DNA from: Tubiluchus corallicola
Lineage: Eukaryota; Animalia; Priapulida
Length of the DNA stretch: 64,000 bases
Assembly: GCA_030141605.1 (NCBI GenBank)
Contig: JAQGDQ010000008.1
Coordinates: 186,001-250,000 of the forward strand
Direction: 5' to 3'
The notes beneath the pieces were generated by a model that ran no database searches, was not told the origin of the DNA, and saw only the letters and a list, made by a program, of their open reading frames with translations. The position numbers and the translations under genes are program-made. Of this stretch, positions 27,601 through 40,336 are shown piece after piece. The first letter of the stretch is position 1. Each line of letters opens with the position of its first letter.

Positions 27601-30600
27601 TTTGCTCTTTGTTTAGGACTGAACACATTTCTCTTTTTCACAATAACTGTAAAGATAAATGTCTCCATCTGCATGCAGAAAAAACTTAATGAGCCACTAA
27701 TATTAATTGGTTTTTAATTTACGGTTTGTTAGTAAAGAATAATCTGATAGTCTTGATATTAACAAACAAGAACACAAAAATAAGTAAACAAAAATTTAAA
27801 AATAAAACATATAAAAAAGTAAAAACAAAAACGAAATATACTGGTGATTGATGCAACAATGTTCATCAAAAATTTACTGAACCAAATGAGGGTAACATCT
27901 CGATTTGCAGAAAAAGCCACAATAGATTTGACCATCATGCTCAAAAAGTCTAGAAAAGATCAGCCACACAAACACTGTGTGGAAATCTGCACCAACTCCC
28001 AGGCTGTTTCAAAAGACCGTTTAACTATGGCTAGCTACCATATAATAAATACTCATAAAACCATAAACATAAGTATACATATACACACAGCACCACTATA
28101 AATACATGAGCATTTATTTAACTGCACTAACCCATTTGAGCACACTTTTCCATATTAGCTAGGGATGATATATACTTACCCGCCCATTCCAGTGTCGTGC
28201 GGGTTCACTAGGCCAAGACACAACAGTGAGGCTATTGCTGCATCTACCGCACTTCCGTCTTGCCGTAACAACTCTTTACCCATATCTGAACAAACTGAAA
28301 CATCAGATACAACTGCTCCATTTGGTCGTACCTGCAAATAATAAAAACAAGAACATAGTGTAATGAGCACCAAAGTACATACGGCTCTGCCACCTCAGTT
28401 TCAAACCCAGCTTGAACTACAACCGCCTCACGTGTTTAGCACTGATTCTTCTAGAAAAATATGAGAAGTGTGGGCATGTTAAGCAAAAAGTGCACTAAAG
28501 TCTTATTGACGTTTGACTACCTTAAATTTCAGAGAGTCTTAATATCAGTCTAGTGTAAGATATGCAGATATTCATTGTTTCATTGTTTTGCCCATGTTTG
28601 TGTTTGGGCACTATTGAGTGATTGAGCAGGTGCATATGTCGTACCACGGCAGAATCATAAGTTAAGCTCATGTTTACTAATAACAGGAAGAATAATGTGG
28701 AGGAACTTTTTACTGTGTACCCAATGCAATTACTTATTACAAAGTAATAATTAAACTTATTTGAGATTTATAATTCACCATATGACAGTGGCACACTTGG
28801 GGGAATAGCCTAAAGTTTACGAGGCGAGAGAGTTTACTTCCTCACCAGTGACCTGCTACATCTGTAGGCTTAACCGGGAACTGGCGAATTCCATGTCATC
28901 TTTGATACAACAAAGAGTAAAGACCTTTGTAATTTTGCATTTAATTTATAACTTTTCTTGTACTACTCTATTGTTAATTGTCAATTTTGTGTTAATGTAG
29001 ATCCAGAATGGAAGACATGACACGGCTTCAAACCGACGGAAAAACAAAATAATTAATATATTAAAAAAAGATTTGTTAAAAGATTAGTATAGAGGACATT
29101 TAAAACTGTCAAATCACTTGACACAAAAGGTATCAGCAGGGTCAGGGAGAAACCAAAGTGTGTGGATAGGTGACCGTCAAGTTCAATATGAGCCCAGAGC
29201 AGTTTCACTTGTTCCATTTTCAATCAGTTGTGGTATCATCTTAGAGGATTTTCTCAATATGACTTACATTTCAATCCTGTCACAACTAACAAGCATTAAG
29301 CACTTGCATTTTCCTTATTGTATTGCTCACACTAGAACACGCACCTGTGGATCTCCCAACACAATTTGCATCACAAGGGCAATGGTTAAGCCAAGAGAGA
29401 AGATTGTGAAGCCGAGTATTAGTGCTCGTAGTCCTTCACCCTTCTGCAAACAATGAGGTTCTGTAAAATAGAAGAAACAAATCTTTAGTTATGTGTGGCG
29501 GTCTTAAGAACACACAATACACATCTTAAACAAAGGCAAAGATACATTAAAGTAGTTTCACAAATGTTCCACAAAATTGTTCTCTTGCTACTCCTCTCAC
29601 TCTCATACTCAGACTTTTGTACAAAGATAATTAAAAAAATTATGACACCGATTAAATCAGATCACAAGGCACAGAAGCCAAACAGGATAACGTGAAAGCG
29701 TAGTGCACAGCTCAACTTGAAAACACCAATATGTGAAAGTGAAGACAAAGCAAACAAAACTTTCCTATTGTTCTGGGGTGAATCTAAGCATACAAAATCC
29801 GCATAACTAATTAACAACTGATTAAACAACTCTTCAATAGACAAAAAAGATATTAAACTAGTATGGCAAAAGTATTAAGTCATAGCAGATTTGTAAGAAA
29901 ACTGAGTCACGGTGCTAGAACAGGGTTGTTAGCGCAGTGGATGCTGTTTCGTTAACCTTTAAATGATCTTCCACACTTTAAAACTGCCTAAACACTTTGT
30001 TTAAAACACTTTGCTGTGGAAAAGATTTCTGACATTCCTACATTTGGCTCAAAGTATGTAGTAATGCTTAACGTGTACATGCACTAAAAGAATGTTCAGT
30101 ACACCACGAATAAGATGAACAACATTGACTATATCAGCATAACTCATTAAGAACTACAATTACAAAATTCTGAATTCAATAAAAAATTAGCCATGCTAAA
30201 GCTGCTCAAGCAGGCATACATAAAGCTGATCAATAATTTACGTGCACAAATTTAGGTTGAAATAATGGAGCATAAACCAAGAAATGTTTTCAAGTAGGCA
30301 AGTTTATAGTACTTCAGAAGGGTATACTACTTACCTGCAATCAGACCTACCAAGTACCCAACTGTGAACTAGAAGATTTAAATAAGTGAAACAATATGTA
30401 AACAGGTACTTCTAGTTAACATACAAAAATTAAAAAATATACTCCCTATAGAATCAAAATAAGTTTATTAAGTTATTAATTTAATAACAGACTTGTAAGG
30501 GGAATAAAATGTTTGGCATACATTTGTAAAATGCTAGCGATAACCAGTAGTATTTCCAAATTTAAAGTTCTAATCATTGTTGAATAAAAAGTTTAGCTTG

Positions 30601-33600
30601 TTTGAAAAAATTGTCATTTTCAGAACAGAAGGTTTTAGATTTGCACTTGATCGTGTGAAAATTTAGTCAGTCACTAACAACCTTTATGGGATTTACATTA
30701 ACACTTTTCTACTTACTACTTTAACTATGTTCTAAACAGTTGGCAAAACTAGAGCTTGATGTACCCGGGGCAGTACTTGAGTTTGCTGCCACCGACACCC
30801 TGATGAAAAATACAACACAGCTAGATTCTTGAGATTTTAGATTAAGTCAAATGTGGTGATCAATAAAATAATGAAACACTACTGAAAGAATTTGTTTGCG
30901 AAGAAGTAAATTCTTCCTATATGTTTCAAAAGTTACGATAGGCATAGAGCTTCTTCAAACGTTAATACGTATAAAAACTCAAGATGTATGCCACTCAGAA
31001 ATTTTGAAAATTGTGTATATATCACTAAGATATTAAACCACTGGCAAACTTTCAACAGTAAATGCTATAAGCAGAAAATATACAAACACGTCAAACAACA
31101 CTTAAATGTTTGATAAAACAATGTTAGGAAAATCACAAGCCGGCATCGAATAGCTGATTCTCAAATTTAACCGATTTCTAAAACTATGAAAGTATAAACG
31201 TCATAATGCCTACAACAATAGATGCACAAATCATGACAAACAAACTACACATCACTATGCCTAAAACGAATACTGATGTGTACATTAGACAATAATATTT
31301 GCCTACTACACCCACGCTCCATAAGTTTCGTAACACATTTCTAATGTACTAACAGAATCAACTTTTTTAATGCACTTGATCAAAGTGCAGCCCGGTGAGT
31401 GCAAGACTGCTCCCTCTGCCCCCCCCCCAACTATGCCACTAGTTGTAAAAGTAAAAGCATTACATATTAGATTGTAAGCTTCTTAAAATTTATCTGTCCA
31501 TCACTATACAAGCACAGAAAGTCAATACTAATAACATGTATTTTACTTATAGACACTTACAGCAAATTTAAATGTACTGTAATTACTAAGCATTTTTGAA
31601 CAATCACAACATAGAAAACTCATTAAAGTAAGCAACTGATGACTTACTTTTCATTTTCCTTATTTGACTTCCGTAAGAATGCAGATTTGGCTGAAATTTA
31701 ATAAAACCTGTTTACGTGGATCAAATGAACTAGAAACTTCATGCAAACACAAATAATGATAGCCAATTTGAAGCACACTATGGCAACAATCATGCAAAGA
31801 CAAAACGCATGCTCACCATTTTTTACTAACAACAAACTTTTATCAGACAACTTCATGGGTGCAACCTCACCAGACTGTTGTTGCTCCAGTTCCATTTCCA
31901 TGAGAACGGGTTGTCTTGTCAGAGGAGAAACCTCAGTCTGCGGGCCAGATGATGATGCAGAATCTTGTTTGATGACTAGCTTGGACTTCGCACAATCAAA
32001 ATCATCTGTGAAACATTCAGAAACAAAGACAAGTTAAAGCGAATTCACAGAGCTGCATAAAATTAAAGCAAGTGTCCTGCCTTTTTTAAATGATATTAGC
32101 ATTTGCCCAGAGAATGCAAGCCAATAACATGCATTTCAGACATATCTCACTGTCTTATTTAAGTTATTTTCATTTTTATTTTACTGTGCCCTTAGTTTAA
32201 ATATAGAGGTTCTTAGCACCGTAAATTATTTTAATTATAACATGTCATTTGTGTTAGTGATTAAAAAGACCCACAGAAAGGAAAAATTCATATTATCCAA
32301 CAATTCATAACGCTGGTATATAACATTTCATTTGAATTTCAGTTATTTTAAAAATTTGGCTAGTTAATTGGCTAGTTTAGACAAACTAATCATAAAATAA
32401 TATTATCATAATGCAAGCGGATATCATTGTAATACAAGAAAAAATCATTGGTGATAAATGTTCTATAAAATTTTATAAATTCCAGACAGCAATTGATGGT
32501 GCAATATTTAAAAGTTTAATAGTTTTATATTTTTATACTATAGAAAAATTTGAGTTTGCAAAAAAATTTAATACCAATTTCATTTTAATTATGGGGCAAG
32601 CAGATTTGTCAGGTGAGAATGATTTAGCAACTAAACCAAAATGCCCGTTTTAAATAAAACAGTAATAAATAGTTTCCAATGCATTTTTGACAAGATGTTA
32701 ATAAAAGTTTGTGTTGATTGTTAATTGTTCCAGTTTTCATTATTAAGTATTATTTCTGCATTACTCAATACAGAAGGTATAATACACCAAGGTATTATGC
32801 ATGTATATATGCAAACAGAACAAAATACAACCCTCTTAATCAATTCCTGTCTTTACAAACTGCTATTTTGGGTTTCCTCAGTTCCAACATTTTCACACTT
32901 CCTTTCTTTTAGTTGAAGAGCAGGTTCACAAATTTAATTACTGTGTATATATTCCATTAACATGTGTGGTTTACACTTTATGACTTACCTGAAAAATTGT
33001 GGCCATACGTCCTCCATTGGCACGGCAATAGTTAAAATAGTGAGGAAGATTTTATAGTAACATTATAATGTAATGTTAGTATATTCTTACTGTTTAAGTG
33101 TACAATAAGCAGACTTAACAGTAATTAACTTAATAAAAAATTATAGTAGTTGTTTTTACCTTTTCCTTGACATGATTTAATTTATGTATTACAATTTATG
33201 TATTATGAAATTTAATATGTATTAGAGAACCTTCTTTTGATTTCTGAATTAAATGGTTTAGGTATTTCATAACCATTTTGGCTTAATGGTTCTCCTATTG
33301 AAAGTACAGTTAAAAGAAGGTCTTTATGTAAGGGTAAACACTTTATTGGTTAAGTTCTCTAAATGTTGTGTAAATACAAAAAAAAATGTTCAAATCATAT
33401 CCGTGTCAATTTTACACATGTGTCCTAAGGTACAAGTTTTTCCAGTACAACTACACTTTCTTAAAGGTGGCTAGCAATAACGCATTTCGTAAGCTCTCCA
33501 ACTTTTTTGGAAGATGTAGCATAAGCGAAAAGTTGTAAATTTCAATATTACTAACTATGATGTTATTACACGAAAGGTAACGGAATCCTTTATATATGGG

Positions 33601-36600
33601 CTGGCAGAACTACCTAATGATATAATTGATAAATTGTATGTTTACTCTGCATATCATAATATAATTAGATAGACAAGTTGGTACGAACTATGTTTAGCAC
33701 TATTAAATCAACATTTTTTATCATTTTAAATATAACTTTTACTGAGTTTTATGCATCCGTGTATTGTACTTTTTAATAATCTGTCTAGTGTATTTATGCT
33801 TCGTGTCTCGGTGCATATGTGTGTATATGTTACAGACAATGTGTAAAATTTAGACATTTTATCAAATTTCTAGGTATTTCATATAATACCTATGCATTTC
33901 AGGAAAAATGTGAAATCTTTTTGCTGCAACTTTTTCATGCTTTGCCTAGACATTTTGCATAATAGCTAGGACTTACATAAAATGCATAAACTAACTTAGG
34001 CAACGTGTAAAATGAACATAACTCGTGCTGAATTGAACTTTTCCTAGGTACTTTATACATTACCCAGGCACTGTATGGAATGCATAAAACAACTTAGGCA
34101 ATGAACTAAACTAAGCAAGCTGCACACGTAAGCGGGGGAGTTAATTTTTACTGGTTACAGGTGCAACATCACCATCTCTGACATGCTGCTCAATCAGGTG
34201 GATCACTTTCCGTAGCTAGTAATTAAGACTGCAGTCGGATTCAGTAAAATTCTTACAAACAATTTTCTTCGTAAGTTTATGCATACAAACGTTCTTAACG
34301 CTACGCTCGGAATCATTAAACCAGTTTTCTTAAAAAAATATTCTTAAATGCTATTTTGCATGTTGTGCATAGTTTAAATGGGTATGACTGGTATTGTTAT
34401 GGAAGAAGAAGAGGTTGTTTGGAGCAGAGTAGAACACTAGCCACAGTAGGACAATTGGCGAATAGGACATCTGATAAAATAAAATAATATTATTCTGAGG
34501 TAGTAGAACGGCCAATATTAAATCTGGCTTCAATATTAATCTATTTGAAGTGAAATAAGCCCGCTTTTTAGGCGATTCCAACATTTGTTTAAGTTATATC
34601 ATTTTTTACTTGGACAAATAATTGTTTTTATTAAGTATACAGGCTAGCGAGCTATGTATCCTACAAGTTTCTAGTTTCTCTCTTTAAAACGTTAGATACT
34701 CAGTTTAATGTTATTCAGATATTAATGGAGCTAATAATAATGATAATATTATTGTAAAAAATACATTTATTTTGTAAATTGTCAAGAACTATCCATCATT
34801 ATTATAAAGTTACTTTTTTCTAAAAATAAATTTAGTTTTACGTTTTATTATGTCATAATTCTAGATTCTTGACAGAAATCGCCAGTGCCCTACTTGGGCT
34901 GTCCACGTACGACACTGCTCTGCTTTTCCGGAAATGTCCTACTTCGGCTAGTGGCATACTCCGCGCCCTCCAGAGGGTACTAATGAAAATTTGATGTGCG
35001 ACTAATGAAAGTATTTTTGCAATAGACCAAAATTAGACTATTTGAATGAAAACGTTTTAGGCACTGTAGTCAGCACAGCAGTCGATAAGGCTTGCTTCTC
35101 TCTCTCTCCAACAGAAGAGGAACGACAAAATTCTCGTACACGAGAAAACAAACAAACAACATATCAACAAATCTGCAAGCACGTTGAAACATAGCTTGGT
35201 TCAATTTTACATATTCCCAAAAATAAAACTGGCAATATATAAAATGCCTAGGAAAATTATATCATAACAAGTGAACATTTGTTTTATTTTTATATTAACT
35301 AGAAATTTTTCGACATTCCATAAAATGCCTAAGAAAAGTATACTTAAAATCTAAGAATTACATACTTTACACAGAATAACTTTTGCATTGTATATAACGC
35401 CTAGGAAAAGCGTAAAAGGAACCGCTATAAAATGCCTTTAGAAGCATTCTACAGAATACCCGATTTCACACTGCCTGAACATAAATTATGTAATATTTTA
35501 GTCGTTTCTATTATCATTTTATACTATAGCTGTGTGTTTTAATTTTTATAATTTATAATGCCATGTACTTTTAAATGCATGAAATATATTTAAAATAAAA
35601 AACATAGTACCTTTAGCCACTGTACCCTCAACCGGGCTATCAAGAGAAATATTTGTTATATTCGCATCCATAACTTTGGGCAAGCACTTTTTGTCTGCAG
35701 TCGAAAAAAATGATAATAATAGTAAAATGGAAAATGTGAAAATTGATCAAATCACCCGTTTCAAAGTGGTTTGTATTCGATAACCGATACTTAATATCGA
35801 ACGTAAAAACAGAAGGAAATAGGTTTATGTTGGGAACAGAATAGAACACTAGCCGAAGTAGGACAATTGGCGTACATGGGCTAATCCAAGTAGGACTCGT
35901 CGTACATGGGCTAGCCCCGTACATGGACAAATAATTATTTTCTACTAAGTAAACGGGCTAGCGAGCTATGCGCCCTACACAATTTTTCTTTTTAAAGCAT
36001 TATATACGTTTAATGTTATGATGATATTAATAATTGGGCTAATAATAATGACATTATTGTAAAAAATACATTTGTAAATTGTCAAGGACAATCCATCATT
36101 ATTATAAAGTTACTTTTTTTTCTAAAACAAATTTAATTTTATGTTTATGATGACATAAATCTCAACAGAAACCGCCTGTGCCCTACTTGGGCTGCCCATG
36201 TACAACACTGCTTTTCCATAATGCGCTTTAGCGGAAGTGTCCTAGTTCGGCTAGTGGCGTACTCCGCGCCCTGCGGTTTGTTATTCGAGACCTTTATTAA
36301 AGGAAACTTTCAAACGCCTCAGTTCACTTCAATTCTAGTTTATTTACGCTGTCTAGTCCAAACACAGTGATACAAAAATAGGAACTAATATCAAAATATA
36401 GAATTTTTTGACTGCAGGCGAAAAGTGCTTGCCCAAAATTAACAACACAAATTATGTTGTCTCGGACACAAATAATTGTCAAAATTGACACCTGGCTAAA
36501 GGCAAACAAATTAACACTCAATTATAAAAAAACTAAGTTTATTCTCTTTACCAATCACAGAACAAATAGTTGTGTAAATAATTTCCGAATTAAACTTAAC

Positions 36601-39600
36601 AATATTAACATAGATCGATCAAATGAAATTAAATATTTAGGAATCCACATTGATGACAAGTTAAACTGGAACTCACACATTCAACACTCAACATATAAAA
36701 TAAGTAAATTAAAAATAAATCAATTTATTATCTTATCAGTAAATATAAAGAAAAATTAATATCTCACTATTCATCTTTGTAGATCTATGATATGCTAAAA
36801 GTAGTGTAACTTTTTGCTAAAGTAACTATAATTTATAACTATTATTTTCCTTACTTTCATTTAAGTTGAAATCCTTTTAGTTGAGCTAATTTTGTTATTT
36901 CTAATAAGTTTTCCATTATGTGTAAATTGAATTCACTAATAATCTCAACTGATGCTACTCAAGTTTATATTGCATTTCATTTATTTAAATACTAGATAAA
37001 TTAAATACTAATGAGCAATTCACAGTGAATCCGGTTATTACAATGCCTCACTTATATATATACAGATAATTTGCGTCACGCTCAAATGTATGTTATGGAG
37101 GTAAGGTAACCTTTTGTATATCTTTAATATTATGTAATAATCAACGCTAATTCTAAAGAATTTTAAGATACTTTGGCTTTCAACTCTTTTCTTCATGACT
37201 AAACATACATGTTTATCCACTTTTGCTAGCTACAAGCGAAGAATTAAATTTTTTCTTCCTTTGGCTCTAGATCTTCATAGTATTAATTTTAAATACGTAT
37301 AGGTTAAATTATTATTTAAACATAATCACGTGTGTCTCTTTTTTTCCATTATTTTATTATAAACTAACACATTCGTATAATAATTCAATTTTCATTCGTC
37401 TTAAATGCAAAATCTGATAATTTTTAATTACCTGGTACATGCACATTAATTAACTAATTATATTAGTGACAATTCTGAGAGGGTGGCTGACCTCGATAAC
37501 TTCGCCACTCTTTCAACACTAATCAATAATTACTTTTGCACTTTGTAACATTATTGTATGTTGTACAGATTTATAAATCATTTTGTTATGTATTTTGCTA
37601 TTTTAAAAATGGCGACAAACTAGTAAACTTACTTACTTACTTACTCGGAAAGACACGGCTGTGGAGAAACACAAAACAAGTCTCGGGGCAATAAATCCCT
37701 TCGAGCTACGATTAACTGCTTCAATGACGTCATTGTTACACGCTACAATAATATCAGCAACCAGACAAATGCATGCATAATAAAGTAGTATTTATTAAAC
37801 TAATTAGGCACTTAAACTAAGAAGATCAGAGCAGCATGACAGTCTATCATCATCATCATCATACGCCAGTCTAGAATGCAGAACACTTCTAGCAATCACC
37901 AAGATCTTAGACAATGGCTTATTTTTAGGGCGAAATAGTATAACTTTAGTTTTATTAGGATTTAGGGATAACGTATTCGCTAGAACCAGTCAGAAATTTG
38001 TTGCAGGACAGCATTCATTTGACTTATTAGATGATTTTTCATATCCATAATATAGCTGTATCGTCAGCATACTGGGTTATTTTAATATTATGTTGGAGAG
38101 CGTTAATATCATTTATATAGATGAGAAATAATAAAGGCCCAAGGATCAAACCTTGAGCTACTCTACAACTAACTGTTTGCTCAGAAGAAATGATCTCATT
38201 AAATCTGACAGACTGTCTTCGATTTATTAAGTAGCTTTTAAACCATGAAAGTGCAATCCCCTTAATTCCATAGAATGAAAGTTTATGTAGGAGAATATTA
38301 TGGTCCAATATTATGTTGAACGCTTTTGATAACTCACAAAAGATGCTAGCAGTAATAGAGTTCAATAGCTTTAACTAGTTCATTGTATACATTTATTAAT
38401 GTGAGTTCTGTGGAACATCCGTTACGAAACCGAAACTGGTTATCATTTAATATGTGGTATTTATCTACAAATTTATTTAGTTGACTATGAACACATCTTT
38501 CAAGAAATTTAGAAAAAAAGGGTAGCAAAGACACCGGCCTATAATTATTCACTATGGTTGCATCTCCGGATTTAAATAAAGGCACAACTAAAGTTAATTT
38601 CATCTTATCAGGAACTATACCAGTGCTTGGAGAGATATTGATTAAGTGACATAATGGTAATGAAATTTGGTGAATTACATCTAAAACAATCCTAGGAGAA
38701 AAATTACAAATATCAGAACTTTTATTAGGATTAAAGGTTTTACTGATTTTCATTATATCCTCGGGTGTTACTGGAGTAAAGAGAAATGAATTCCTATAGT
38801 TTCCGTGTAAATAATATTCATAATTTACTGCTATGGGACCGACTTGGTTAGCTAAATTACTAATGTTAGCAAAAGTATCAGCTATTAAAGAATTAGTAGT
38901 TATTATTTTGTTATTTATATTTAATTTGATGTGAGTATTACATTTTTTTCGATTCATCATCTCTTTCATTACAACCCAGGTTCTTTTTATATTGTTAGAA
39001 ACGAACTCTAATTTATTTTTATAGTAAGTATCTTTAGAAATTCTTATTAGTTTATTTAATTCCTTACGATACTTTTTGTATCTGGCAAGTACAAATGGAT
39101 CATTTTCTTTCAAAGTAGATTTATACAGTTTGTTTTTTGTTTAATAGATTTTAATAAACCATAAGTGAGTCAAGGGCTTTTAGGTTCTTTAGATGATCTG
39201 ACGGAATTCTTTTCTTTAACATGCACAAAGTAGACATCGGAAAACTTTTTATAGAATAGTTCCATTGCTGAATTGGAAGAGGGGACTAAGTTTCCTTTTG
39301 CCCTGAGGCCCAAAAATTCTCTTGGTGGCCCTAGATGGGATTGCGCTTACAAGAGCCGATCACAGAGTGCAAACTGGAGTTCTTGAATATAAATATTTGT
39401 CTTTAGGAGTTCGCGAAGCATATTGTTTGAAGCTTTTTAATAAAGTCACACTAATAAGACGCAAAGAACATTCTGAACTTATGTTGTTCTACAGTATTTT
39501 GAAGAAGAATTTAGTTCTAACGAGTTTAGTATCTTGTAGCATTTGCTTTAAATGTTCTTCTTTTTTCCCAAAATCGCATTTACTATTTAGTCAGAGTCAA

Positions 39601-40253
39601 TAATTATGTAATTGCTATACTGTGTAAAAGAAACTGAATATGATTCGTAATCAAGTATTGTAGTTCCCCTCATTAGCATGTCTAATTATTATACAGTACG
39701 TAATGGCAGCAAACAAAAAAATTCATGAATGTTAACATTGTTAATTTATTACAGCAAATGTTCTTTGAATTATCACGCATTAATTATGACAACAGTTCAC
39801 TGTGATCAATGTCCCCAAAAGAAAGATACTAGGCAAAATTCACACATTTATTGCTGATCTCTGCTTTTTGTCCCATTTTGTATGCATACTCCACCGGTAG
39901 GCAGAACTCCTGTATGCAACATTACCTGTGATAAAAAATAAAGAAGTATAACATGTCTGAAAACTTCAACAGAATTAAAGTTATAAAGTTAGAGGTGCTA
40001 TCAAGGTGTAGTGACTGCAAAGCGTGCATTAGTGCATTAGGTCGGTGCACTAAAAGATGACACGGCATATAAGTTAAAGACATGTACATCCAATATTTCG
40101 GTTACTAGTTTTGTGTGGCCGTGACTTGCATCCTAGCTAGGACTGTAGAAAAATAAACTTATCGTAAGTATCAAGTCATCGGATAAATAAATGTCCCACA
40201 CATGCACATTTCCACATTCTAAAAATATATATACGTACACCCATATGTGTAAC

Positions 40254-40336
<83 letters not shown>

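Noticed and set aside
31648-31690. 43-nt AG/GTAAGT-bounded candidate GGT7 exon
   Set aside because: It would frameshift the protein; the flanking exons already join in phase.
32989-33017. Candidate GGT7 first exon with a strong CAG|GTAAGT donor
   Set aside because: Its ATGs give phase 0 or 2, but exon 2 needs phase 1. The exon at 41858-41933 fits. It could still be a non-coding alternative exon.
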